A DNA stretch of 63,730 nt, the filler included, from Phoronis australis (lineage: Eukaryota > Animalia > Phoronida), in the NCBI GenBank assembly GCA_002633005.1. It is 6 parts of 6 records of this genome, joined end to end, with 100 filler letters (N's around TTAATTAATTAA, not from the genome) between each part and the next. Parts side by side here need not be neighbours in the genome. Positions count along the whole stretch, not along the records: positions 1 to 11,618 come from NMRA01000205.1; 5 more parts are not named here. One strand, written 5' to 3'. The translations under genes were made by a program, and so were the position numbers. Positions 1-11,718 of the stretch are shown one piece after another; the stretch's first letter is position 1; each line of letters begins with the position of its first letter. The notes beneath the pieces are model-generated. The model did no database searches. It saw nothing but the letters and a program-made list of their open reading frames with translations, and had not been told where the DNA came from.

Positions 1-197
1 GCATTCAAACTGGAGATCGGTGATTTACAAGTAAGAGGACATGAGAGAAAAATTTCACTGAATTAAGATATCATTTTTATGGAAATTATGTGTCTTATTT
101 TTCGGAGCGTATAAGTACAGTACAATGCGGTTTGTTGAACGTGCGATTATTGCGCGTGCTCATTTAAGTATTCTACTTTCACTCTTGATGACGTCAG

Positions 198-270
198 TCG
201 CTGCATGGTCTAATGGTAAAGTCGGCGACCAGCAATTCCAGGGTCCCGGGTTCGACTCCGTACTCGGTTT
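198..270 (+). mobile_element. tRNA-derived segment (SINE head or tRNA pseudogene)
   Basis: Pol III A box TGGTCTAATGG (206-216) and B box GGTTCGACTCC (249-259) at tRNA-like spacing; no convincing acceptor or anticodon stems. Confidence 0.55.
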
Positions 271-368
271 CCCGCCAAAACGTTATCTCACTAGTGAGAT
301 ACCTTTATGGGTTATTACACTGTTGTATCTGCCATTTGACGCTAATATTGTGGTATAAATATATATAT

Positions 369-408
369 TATTGAGTGACGTCATTTGCGATAAACCCAAG
401 CGCCTGTG
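369..408 (+). mobile_element. Right TIR of a P-like non-autonomous DNA transposon whose left end is not seen in the window
   Basis: gagtgacgtcatttgcgataaacccaagcgcctgtg matches the TIRs at 1432 (inverted) and at 2516-2551. Confidence 0.7.
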
Positions 409-630
409 TGTACAACGTGGTACCGAAAAAAAGTGTTGTATCGAATGAGCGAGCTTTTAAGATGTTGCAGGAGCTCAATTTATATGGCGCGTTCACTTGA
501 GTGAACAATAATTGTCATTTTGCATCAATTTACATGCGATAACGCATCACATTTCACAAATCTGTTTTGATTTTAAACATCGCGTCTATACTTGGCATTT
601 CAGTTTTACTTGATTTTGGAATAGAATAAC

Positions 631-961
631 ATGGCTGTTATTTTAGTCATATTTTCGGTGCTTTTCTCTGTTTGTGTGCAGATAGAAAGATGCGATGGCG
701 TGTCTAACTCATCCACTAACACATCCTCTCCATCTCGCAATTCAAACGCGACAGTTGCTTCTTCGCGACTGCAAGTAAGCCTGGTTACTACTACACGATC
801 TACCAAGGGACAAGCGTCTGCTGCATCTACCCAACCTCCCAGTGCTGCTGTCGGGGTGACTACAGTTGGGATTGCAATCACAAATGCACCACTTGTCACT
901 GCACGAACATCAGGAAACGTAATGACTAAAAGCGTCACAACTGCACTACGATCAACTATAG
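631..961 (+). CDS. Exon 1 of a Ser/Thr-rich mucin-like cell-surface protein (signal peptide)
   Basis: ORF MAVILVIFSVLFSVCVQIERCDG has a hydrophobic signal peptide followed by S/T/A-rich sequence with N-x-S/T sites. Phase-1 donor G|gtactg at 961/962 is compatible with the exon at 6348. Confidence 0.6.
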
Positions 962-1029
962 GTACTGACAACAACTTCACTGTTTACCCACAATGATCTA
1001 GCAAGCCATAAAATGCTGAATGTAGCCAG

Positions 1030-2640
1030 CCAGCTAGCTTTGGTACAAAGCTGTATACTAAATATACAGCTTTGCACCGATATGGGTAAAAAGTGGTAAG
1101 ATAAAATCTGACACAAAATTAGTGTCATTAAAAACTACAGTCTTCCTTGAGTAATCTAAATTATTTAACGGTGTTGGAAAAAGGGCGTTCTACCGTTATT
1201 CTGCTGCTAAAGTTGCGGACCGATCTTTAGCGACGGCTTTCGGGGCCATGAAATAATGCGTCACCTATTAGCCAGTTTCTTTTTTCGCCGATTTTTCAAT
1301 CAACTGTTGTTCTTTCACGAGGTTAAGTACACGTCACAACAAATTATCGGAACTGGTTCCACTTCATTATAAGGTTAAGAAATTTTGATACCGAAAAACC
1401 GAATTTCAGAAGAAATTTTGCTGCTGCCAAGCACAGGCGCTTGGGTTTATCGCAAATGACGTCACTCATAATATATAAGAAAACATAAAGGTTGGACACT
1501 CGAAATCTGTTTGCTCAGAATTTTCTACTCAAATGTGCATGGAACTCCACGAAACTAGCATCGAACAACTCTTAGAATACTTTCTTTCATTCGATCTCTT
1601 CAAATTGCCTTCAAGTGGTAATTTGGCAACAAAAATGCCAATGCCTAAATCACAAATTCAAGGACCTAATTCCGTAATGTCATGGCAGACGGTCTTCGCA
1701 CATACGGGTTTTGACAGACGCTCCCGAGCTCGTAAATCCGAAAGTCTAATTTCGCGCGGCTTTCGCCGTCAATCCATCGACTACATGATCATGAGAAGCA
1801 GAGAGCACTTTATTGCCAAATAAATGTAATTACTCACATATTTGTGTCAAATATAAATTATCCTGATACTGTATTGATATGCGAAGTTTTTTGTGTACTG
1901 TGATTTCTTATGAAGGTTTTACTTTTGGCCAAAACCATTGAGTTAACTCGTCGGCCACGCGCATTGTAATACTTGCACGGACTGCGTTTCCTGGCCAAGT
2001 GTGTGTTGTGCTTCAATCAAAAAAGTGCTTGATGTCAAGATGAGAAACAAGATACGCCAGTTTATGTAATAAAATTCTAAGTTAAGGGCTAAAATGAGCC
2101 GTCAGTGGAATAAAGTTACAAATAATCATTAAAATACTAACTTTAACTTTCTCAATTAGTTGAGTTTTGGATTAGAATTATTGAATTTGAAATATAAGTT
2201 GTTTGCTCAAACTCGAAGTTTCACCTACGACAGGCGTACAAGTTGAAGCACAACTGAAATCCGCCATGTTTTCTATTTCAGGTCCTTGAATTCAGAGTTT
2301 TGAGATTGTTTTGGAAATTCCATCGCCAATTCACCACTCACGAAGACAGTTAATGGGATTTAGGAATTAAAGATAAGGCTTCGAAGGTTTATGCAACACC
2401 AGATTAGTGAGGGAGGTGCACGCAGATTTTATTTGGATTTTGGACGGTTGAAGTTGGGAGCCTCGGCTTGGCAAAGTTTAAGTGTCCAACCTTTATGTTT
2501 TCTTTTTTTATTATAGAGTGACGTCATTTGCGATAAACCCAAGCACCTGTGCTGCCAAGCTATCACCAGTGATCTCCCGAGAAATGTCGCAAACATCATT
2601 AGGAAATGGCGCGTGCGCGTGACACGAGCGTACTGTTTTC
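1030..2640 (+). mobile_element. Interspersed repeat (second copy at ~44440-44890), split by the 1432-2551 insertion
   Basis: Hairpin aagctgtata-ctaaa-tatacagctt and the downstream sequence align with 44440-44890, which lacks the insert. Confidence 0.65.
1432..2551. mobile_element. Non-autonomous P-element-like DNA transposon (~70-bp TIRs, 8-bp TSD CTGCCAAG)
   Basis: Termini CACAGGCGCTTGGG...CCCAAGCACCTGTG; CTGCCAAG at 1424-1431 and 2552-2559. CANRG termini with an 8-bp TSD are typical of the P superfamily. Confidence 0.8.
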
Positions 2641-2719
2641 AAAACGACTACATACTTTTCATTGTTAGAAAAGGCAGAGAGTTACGCAAGAAAATGACGT
2701 TTATTGGATTGTTTTTCAC

Positions 2720-3688
2720 TTACCGGCTTTAGGTGCAACAAAACTAATTGACGGGACACCGAGGCCGTCGTACGCGGGTCTAACGGCTAATTTATAGTGT
2801 TTGCTGGCAGAAACTGTTGTGAAACAACTCGATTTCCATCCCACGGCCAGGTGTTAGGGGAATCTTTATTTACATTTACGTTTCTCAAATATTGATTGTC
2901 AATGTACAACTTCTGACCTGATTGTGGCCAAAGCGGAACCTGAATTCGTGGCCCCAGACGCGGAGTAAGTAGATTTGCAGTTTCGTGGCTAATTCACCAG
3001 CATAATCAGGTGCACATTACTTTGGTGGCTCACTAGTATAGTATTTTCTTGACTGGAATTTTAGTTTCCACTGAACTTTGGCTGGTTTCGTGTGATCAGT
3101 TTCCGAGCTACTCAACTGGCCGGAATAACGCATATGGACTCCGCCGGACGGGCATCCAGCCGGCCGCGACAGGCCTGATCGGGCTCTGAGCCACTGGCCA
3201 GGATAACAAGCGTTTTGTGTTTAGAACTCAAAAAATCACAAGTCTAAACAACACAGATCTAGGTTCTCCTGTCTGTATCTCACGGAAAATACTTCGTAAT
3301 TATCTCCGAACAGACCCCAAACTCCTTGGTCTGCCGAACTTAGGAACTTTGTAGGCTACGGTGTGTCCAAATACCAATAAATTCGTAAGAGCGAAATAAA
3401 ACAACACGTTTTTATAAGCACTCTATGTAGTTTTAAGGGTTTTACATCGAAGTTTGATGATTTATTGGTGTTAAACGATGACTTCAAGCGATAAGCTGAC
3501 ACCAGTAACCCGTGTTGAAAACCGCTCAGTGAACAGACAGCGTGTGAAACCGATGACGTCATTGGATAATTTCAACACCTCCGTCTGCCGTCAGGTGTCA
3601 GGTAACGCAACCGTACGTGTCGTTATAGAGTAGAACTACTCGATCTAAATTGATACAAATTAGGTTGTTTTTTGGGTGGCATGCTCCT
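2720..3688 (-). mobile_element. Kolobok-like DNA transposon end (copy 1)
   Basis: ~970 bp reverse-complement match to 17329-18290; ends ...ggcatgctcct|TTAA (TTAA target, AGG terminus). Confidence 0.65.
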
Positions 3689-4280
3689 TTAATCAGGTTC
3701 AAAAACTTGAAAATGTGTACCAAATTAAGTAATATGTAGAATGGTATAATGTTTACCGTTTTTGTTATCAAACTAAAGGCCTTTTTTAGCACAATTTTGT
3801 ACTTCGTCCGAGATCAGAAAATCATCGACTATTCACGGGTTCTTCCGTGACCTGAGTTTCTGGATTCCTGAATGACGGTCATGTTGTACACGCCCTCAAA
3901 CGTATTGATATCACCGTGAGCGTATAAGCATTGTTTTTTGCATGGTTGTTTTTGATTCTCATTATGGTTATTATGATACAAATTTGATTATCTTTTGTCC
4001 AAATTTAATATGTTCTTTGCGTATGACGAGTGATGTTTAATGCAATCATAAAGACCTTGCAGCACTCGTTAACTAACCCCTCGACTGTTGGAGCATGCGC
4101 GCATTCAGGAGAAATGAAAACTCCGAAAAATAATAGAAAACGAGACAAAAAAAGTCCACTCAATAGGCAGGAACTACCAAAATTCGGCGAATCCACAATT
4201 TACAGCTCTGAATGTACCCCCTGAAAGGCCCATACTAAAGAATTCGAGTCTCAAATTTTTAAGCAAGGTGCGCGCATGGA

Positions 4281-6020
4281 GCATGTTATAACGAAGCCAT
4301 CAGTACCTACAGGTTAATCTTAACAAAATCCCGTAGGCGAAAATTTCATAAAACTCCTCACTTGTCACGAGCAGGAGTAATGAGTGATACTTCGCCATTT
4401 TAGATTTGCCGCTGAGTCGGAAGTAGGAGATTCATTAAGAAACGGTTGAAAATAAGGCCGTCTATGGCGATTGGGCTTCGATATGAAACGTGTTTTACTG
4501 CCTTTAGTAGCTAACTCTGGTAAACAGTATAAACATGACAACGAACAAGAAATATCAATTTATAATTAAGTAAAATTGCCATACAGTTAGAAGCTTCACA
4601 GAGCGTAAATTTTATGAATTCTAGCTTACAATTTTACCAGTTTCGGAGACCGGGTTTCAACCGCTTTGGGCTATAATAAGCGACCTCTTCCTGAAGCGAA
4701 TTTAGGGCGAATACGGTACATGAGATAGCTAGTATGAGTTTTGAGTTGTTTCCTGCCTGTTACTAGTATAATTGACGCCAATGATGCATTAGCAGGTGAC
4801 AGAACGAGAATTGGTTGAAATCGTCAATAGAGTTTGGTTCCTTTTAAATTGTGATACGTCGCATCTCCTACAGCTATCACATACTGAGGTGCCCTGACTC
4901 ATCGCGAGGGTACATCAAATTTTAGCAACAGTGCCCATTCTGGTAATAAATTAGTGGAAAAAAACTTTCTAGATCTTTTCTTTATTGCCATAACGCGAAA
5001 CTACCAGCAATTGCCGCCGTGATTACCGACAGCACATTTCGTAACTTGGCGGCAAATCGGCACCGACTTTGCTGGCCGTAAAAATGTAAAGTGGAAAGAA
5101 AAAACATTCACACATGGCGATGTTTCAACAAACAAAAAAATTATCAAATAACAGTGCGCTTCTCACCTGAATTTCAATAACGCATTTGTGCTTAATTTTG
5201 CTGCCGGGACACGACCGGGGGAGTTTCCTCTTTAGTTGCCCGATTTGTCAATTATTAAACAAAACATATTTCAGAACGTGACAAAAATTTTCAGTCGATA
5301 CCGCCGTTGTCTAAAAATAAACATTCCGCGATTGAAAATGCAAACGGGCGGAGTGTAGTGAACTGTATTCTTTGAGTTGAATGTCGGAGATAGAAAAAAA
5401 ATTTTCGTGTTAAGAGCATGACGCAGCAATTGTTTTTATCTCTTAGTCACTCGCACGAATTTCATTTATTCAAGGAGCTGCGCAGCGGAGCAATGATGTC
5501 CGCGGCCACGTGGCTGGGCTTCAGTAGTAGCTTATGCGAATGCTGCAGATTGAGTGAAAATACAACCCTATTAGGCAACATACCAACTTTTCTTTGTGAA
5601 GTTATTTCGCCGTTAGTTGGTACTCTGAAAGAAATAGGCCGTCGCTCATTGGTAGCCGTCGGCTGCACAACAAAATCGCCTCAGACCGGTATCGTATTTT
5701 TCCCCGTCTACATTTATTTTCACTATTTTCACAAGTTGTCTTACTGTGTAGCAATTTTACCTAATTATTTTGGTATTGCATGTTCCTTATTATGTTTATA
5801 CTGTTTACCAAAGTTAACTTAATCCCTGTAAAACACGCTGTGGCTCAGTCGAATAGACGGCCGTGACTGGTTATTAGTCCTTGACTCTCATTTCCGACGA
5901 CGGCACATCTGAATTGGCGGAGTATCACTCGGCTCTAATTCGTGGCGGAGGATTTTTATGAGTTTTCGCCTTGTTAGGATTAACCTGTGGGTACTGATGG
6001 TTTTGTTGTAACAAACATGT
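4281..6020. repeat. ~75-bp imperfect inverted repeat pair (4281-4359 / 5948-6020), probably decayed transposon ends
   Basis: ccatcagtacctacaggttaatcttaacaa...ggcgaaaatttcataaaactcctc versus gaggatttttatgagttttcgcc...ttgttaggattaacctgtgggtactgatgg. Confidence 0.5.
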
Positions 6021-6347
6021 TCTAACCATCTAATAAACGTTAATAACGAGTTCTACCGTCATTACGGAGCTCATAATCCTGTCACTGCACATCAGTTGGC
6101 TCAACTCTGATTTGAATAAACAATTGGCTCACAACAAGTTGTCACTGGTCTTTTGAATTTCGATTTTGATGTTGCAACTATGCATTTGTGCATCATACTC
6201 ACTCGCGTACACATACACTGTTTGATTGGGACTTGTTCCTAAGATAACCAATGTTTTCCTTATGTGTGTGAGTACATCGCAATATCTCGAACTTTAAATA
6301 TGTTGTTTCATTGATAAACAACTAGTAAAAAAGAGATAAAATTTCAG

Positions 6348-6679
6348 CTACGCCGAAGGCAGTAGAATCTGCAGCGGAATCTACTTTACAAGCATCCCAA
6401 GGTCCAATGACTTCTGCTACGGGTGGACAAGCTGCAACTGAAGGTGGAGCGCCAGTTACCTCTGTCCGGTCACAACGAAGTTCATCAAGAGCGATGTCGC
6501 CTGGAACAACGACTGGAATGACCGTACAAGCTTCCACAAAAGCCGGCCCAAATGCACCAACCGCCACAACCACTGGTGACAATAAGGTCTCGCAAGCCAT
6601 GTTGCCATCACCTTCCCACTCTCTTCTTACTGTAACATTTGTTTTTGCTGTCTTTCATTTCCCGCACTTGCGTTACTAA
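6348..6679 (+). CDS. Terminal exon of the mucin-like protein, with a GPI-anchor-type C-terminus
   Basis: Acceptor tttcag at 6342-6347 (phase 1; in-frame TAA just upstream at 6326). S/T/A/P-rich sequence ends in small residues plus a hydrophobic tail (SHSLLTVTFVFAVFHF) and TAA at 6679. Confidence 0.6.
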
Positions 6680-7009
6680 GACAAGATATAGTGTAAATGC
6701 AAAGAAATATAGCTACACTTATTCAACGTTTATAGGCTTTATCAGACCATGCTTAAATGTCCTGTCTACTATTGTATAACTTCGTATGAGAAGTCGTTTA
6801 CGTTTGCGCGCACCCAGCCTTTAATATGGGGGGCCGGGGCTTGAATTTATGTATCTGCTTCGCAAATTCCAAATTCTAAGTGCATGTGTTCATGTTTTGT
6901 GCACATGTGCTTGACATATTTATCAGTTCTCTGTTCCCACATTTGTATCATTTTTACTACAATGTATTCATTGGCAATAAATTTTGAAGAATTCCTTTCC
7001 TGTTTGTTA

Positions 7010-7192
7010 ATTACTCTGCTCGTGCAAGCGCAGAGTACTGTTGTTCCTGGGTTTTCTTCAATTACTCTGCGCCTTTAAGCGCAGAGTTTTGCTGTTCTAC
7101 GTATTTTATCTTCTTATTTTTATTATTATTACTCTGCGCGTACAAGCGCAGAGTCTTACTGTTCTACGTATTTTATCTTCCTATTCTTCTTC

Positions 7193-7237
<45 letters not shown>

Positions 7238-10200
7238 CTTCCTTTTCATATTGTTATTACTCTTACATTCATTCAGTTAGAACAATAATTTTCATTGCTA
7301 TTGATAAGATAGTTAAGGGATTTATATTGATAATATTTTTCGACCCTAATTGCACTAGGATGACCTGAAACGGGTCAATTAGTGAATTTTTCCAAAATGC
7401 TTCTTCTTCTTCTACAGTTTTTTAGATAGACTCTTCGAATTTTGTTAACAAGCAGGGACTAAAGAAGTGCATCCGAAATTTACACGGATTTCCAATCGGA
7501 CCAAGGGAACCGAGTTTCCGGGTCAAAGGTCATTAAGTGCAAAAGTGATTTTTGAGCTAGACCTTTCATAATCATGCATATGATTACCATTCATAAACGA
7601 AGTTCAGTCACAAGCTTTGATGTCACTGGGTGCAACTTTGGGGTCATTAAGTGCACTTGTCTGTTAAATTTAAGACTTTTCAATCAGCTTGTACTTAATT
7701 GATGCTTCAATGAGAGCGTTCAAATTCATGGTAGTTCAACCAACTGCCGATCAAATTCTATTGATCCTATAGATTTGACTCAAAATGCACTGGATTGCCC
7801 CAAAAAGGGTCAAGGAGTGCATTCCGTCGCATTGCTTCTCGTTCTACAGGTTTTTAGATAGACTCTTCGAATTTTGATAGCAAGAAGGCACTAGAGATCT
7901 GCATCCCAAATTTACTTGGAATTCCAATCGGATCAAAGGAACCGAGTTTCCGGGTCAAAGGTCATTAAGTGCAAAAGTGATTTTTGAGCTAGACTTTTCA
8001 TATTCATGCATGTGGCTTCCAGTCAAAAGGGAAGTTCAATCACAAACTTTTGGGCCGTTAGGTGCAACTTTGGGGTCATTTAGTGCACCTTTCTCTTAAA
8101 TTTCAGACTTTTTCAATCTGCTCATTCTTATATTATTCATTATTGAGAGGGTTCATATTCATGGTGATTCAAGCAATGGGCAATCTAATTCTATTGATCA
8201 CTTGGATTTGACTCAAAAAGCACCGGAATGACCTGAAACGGGTCAAAGAGTGCATTCCGTCAAATTGCTTCTTCTTGTACATTTTTAGATAGACTCTCTG
8301 AATTTTGATAACAAGCAGATACTAGAGAAGTGCACTGGAAATTTACGTGGAATTTAAATCGGATAAAGGGAACCGAGTTTCCGGGTCAAAAGTCATTAGG
8401 TCCGAAAGTGATTTTTGAGCTAGAGCTTACATAATCGCGTATATACTTTTGATTCGTAAAGGAAATTCAGTCACAAACATTGGGGTCATTAGGTGCAACT
8501 GTCTGGTCATTAGGTGCAGTTTTGCGTTGATATTTTTGCTCCTTACTGTTGCTCTTTCATAGTTACCAGGAACATCTCTCTTTCACACAAAGGATGCAAC
8601 TTCTATGCAATGTAATACGCCTATACTTCACTATGCACATGCATACACCACGCGCAGAGTTGTAATTGCGCATACGCAATTGCGTACTAGTTCTTATTCT
8701 TATTCTTCCTTCCTTTTCAGATTGTTATTACTCTTACATCGATTCGTTAACAACAATCATATTCATTTTGGTTAATACGATAACGAAATGGTTTTTATTG
8801 ATTATAATATTTTCACCCAAAATGCACCGGAATGACCCGGAATAGGTTAAGGAGTGCATTCCTTTTAAATGCTTCTTCTTCTACAGGGTTTTAGATAGGC
8901 TCTTTGAATTTTGTAAAGAACAACGCCAGAAATATCTGACATAGGCAGTGCGCATGCGCATCCAGCAGCTAACTATTCCCCCACAGAAATACACACAAGA
9001 AGGGGTTTTCCGAGGAATTTTGATTTAGGGGAGACAACTCTGCAATTTGCCGATAGCTAGCGAGAAAAACACAGATCTGAGGATTCATTATGCTGAATAT
9101 TGGAAAGATTGGTAAAGATTTTTCGTGTCCATTGAAGTTTGAAGTTTGCCCATGTTGACAGTACACAGCCAATCGCCCGGAAGGCAAATTTTGAGCCCAA
9201 ACCCATTTTCAAATCAAATCTGTGGAGAGTATAATTCAGTTCCCTTGTTTGCCGATAGCAGAGCTCACGAACAGTGTGACCTAGATATCACAAATGCTGT
9301 TTTCCAACGAATTTTCTGAAAAAAAACGGTGTCCAATCTGTGTTGAAAACGGGTTTGCGGCCAGAAATGTAAAAAGTAGTCACTTAAAGTTTCGTGATCT
9401 GTAGTACGATTTTCAAGCCCTAAAGAGGAAGATTTAGCCTGTAATGATTATGTTCATTCCCAGTAGTGCAACAAGAAGCACGTCGGTCATGTATTTTGCT
9501 AAAAAAATGAATTCTGAAATTATTGCACATAGAGCACTTCACTGAGTAGGCACTGAGGAAGTGCATCCGAAATTTACTTGGATTCCCAATCGGATAAAGG
9601 GAACTGAGTTTAAGGGTCAAAGGTCATTAGGTGCAAAACTGATTTTTGAGCTAGACCTTTCATAATCATGCATATGATTATCATTCTTAAAGGAAGTTCA
9701 GTCACAAACTTTCGGGTCACTAGGTGCAACTTTGGAGTCATTAAGTGCAGTTTTCTGTTAAATCTAAGCCTTTTTCAATCAGTTTGTACTGAAATAACGC
9801 ATTAGGGAGAGCGTTCAAATTCATGCTGGTTCAACCAATTGCCGTTCAAATTCTATTGATCACATGGATTTGACTCAAAATGCACCGGAACTTCCCAAAA
9901 TCGGTCAAAGAGTGCATTGAGTCAACATGCTTCTTCTACTACATTTTTAGAAAGACTCTCCGAATTTTGATAACAAGCAGATACTAGAGAAGTGCACCCG
10001 AAATTTACGTGGAATTTAAATCGGATAAAGGGGACCGATTTTCCGGGTCAAAGGTCATTACGTGCAAATATGATTTTTTGCTAGATCTTACACAATTGCG
10101 TATATAATTCTCATTCGTAAAGATAATTCAGTCACAAACTTTGGGGTCGTTAGGTGCAATTGTGGGGTCAGTTGGTGTAATTTTCCGTTGATATTTTTAC

Positions 10201-11395
10201 TTTTCACTCTTGCTCTTCCATAATTTCCAGGGACATCGCTCTCTTTCAAACAAATGATGCAACTTTTATGCAGTATAATGCGCTTATACTTCGCTATGCA
10301 TATGCATATACCACGCGCAGAGTTGTAAGTGCGCATATGCAATTGCATTCTAGTTTTATTACTCTGCGCATGCAAACGCAGAGTACTGTTGTTCCTGGGT
10401 TTTCTTCAATTTTATTACTCTGCGCGTGTAAGCGCAGAGTACTGTTGTTTCTGGGTTTTCTTCAAGTTTATTCTTATTACTCTGCGCGTGTAAGCGCAGA
10501 GTCCTGTTGTTCCTGGGTTTTCTTCAATTTTCTTCTTCTTATTATTACTCTGCGCGTGCAAGCGCAAAGTACTGCTGTTACTGGGTTTTCTTCAATTTTA
10601 TTCTTATTCTTATTCTTCTTCCGACCAACTTTGAGGCTTAATAACTCCAAATTGGGTGTAGGTACGGTCTTCAAATTCAGCATATGACTTTTGACAGTAT
10701 ATAAATTTTGATTGGTTATATACAACTGTAATCATATTCCATATTGCACCGGAAGAGGTCGTTTGGTGCAAATGTCATATAATTTTCAAAATGCTACTCC
10801 TCCTTCAGTCTTATAGCTATCTTTTTCAAATTCAGTGCACAGGTATAAGTCAAAATAACGATTTAAAAAATTACTTTTCTAAGTAATCGGGTCATCCAAT
10901 CAGGTGAAATAGGTCAAAGGTCATTAGGTGCAAACTAAAATTTTGAGCTACTAGACAGTTCAAATTGACAAGTGTGATTGCCACAGGTAAATCAAATCGG
11001 AATCCAAAGTTTCAGGTCATTTAGTGCAAACATGGGGTCATTAGGAGCATTTTTCTTCTGAAAATTTGACCTTAAGTTCAATCAGGAAGTATTCTGATGT
11101 GTCAACCGTTAGACAACTGTGATTATCAGCGTTAAACACATTTTCCATGGGCTTTGCAATAATTCTCCTCAAGATGCTTAAAATGCACTGGATAAGGTCA
11201 ATTAGTGCAAAGGTCATGTAACGTTCAAAATGTTATATGTCTTACATTTTTCAAGGAATTCTTCAGTTTCAAAGTCAGCACACTGGTGTAAGTCAACATA
11301 CCAATTGAATACCCTACTTTGCAATAGGCTTAACCAATCAGAAGAAATAGGTCAAAGGTCATTGAGTGCAAACTAAAATTTTGAGCTAGAGACTT
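7010..11395 (+). mobile_element. Tandem Helentron-associated non-autonomous elements (HINE/DINE-1-like) with an internal ~431-bp satellite
   Basis: 5' hairpin ttattACTCTGCGC..GCGCAGAGT followed by a TAT/TCT microsatellite; central repeats (ccgggtcaaaggtcatta at ~7519, 7950, 8381, 9612, 10043); 3' subTIR CGCGCAGAGT plus stem-loop aattgcgcatacgcaatt and ctagtt at ~8651-8692 and ~10314-10355. Confidence 0.75.
7193..7236 (+). repeat. (TAT)n microsatellite
   Basis: Direct trinucleotide run, which produces the poly-Tyr in the spurious ORF 7041-7280. Confidence 0.95.
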
Positions 11396-11618
11396 CAGGG
11401 CCCGGTCTCCAATCTCCGTACTCAGACTCATACTCATACTCGAGATTTCATACTCAAAATCGTGCTCACTGGAGTCGTACTCAAAAAAGCGTATCTAATG
11501 TCGTATTTCGAGTAGACTCCAAACGTACTCAAATCTGACACTCATACTCGAGTTGCTATGGAACTCTTTATAATGTGAAATGCAAAATCACGCAAAGCCG
11601 CGCTGATTCATCGCTCCC

Positions 11619-11718
11619 NNNNNNNNNNNNNNNNNNNNNNNNNNNNNNNNNNNNNNNNNNNNTTAATTAATTAANNNNNNNNNNNNNNNNNNNNNNNNNN
11701 NNNNNNNNNNNNNNNNNN
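11619..11718. other. Assembly linker gap N44-TTAATTAATTAA-N44 (also at 14582-14681, 28270-28369, 43142-43241, 62413-62512)
   Basis: Identical 100-bp construct carrying stop codons in all six frames. Confidence 0.95.

Noticed and set aside
198-270. Functional tRNA genes here and at 26623-26698
   Set aside because: A and B boxes are present, but the cloverleaf stems do not pair well and both lie within repeats.
606-980. Minus-strand 124-aa ORF (and 6322-6600)
   Set aside because: Antisense shadows of the S/T-rich mucin exons.
7041-7280. Poly-Tyr membrane protein
   Set aside because: Translation of a (TAT)n microsatellite within a transposon.
10356-10600. CRISPR-like palindromic repeats (also 7010-7165 and 50655-51021)
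   Set aside because: No unique spacers and no cas genes in a eukaryotic context; explained by HINE termini and a minisatellite.
11663-11674. TTAATTAATTAA as a biological palindrome or PacI site
   Set aside because: Embedded in Ns identically five times; it is an artificial linker.
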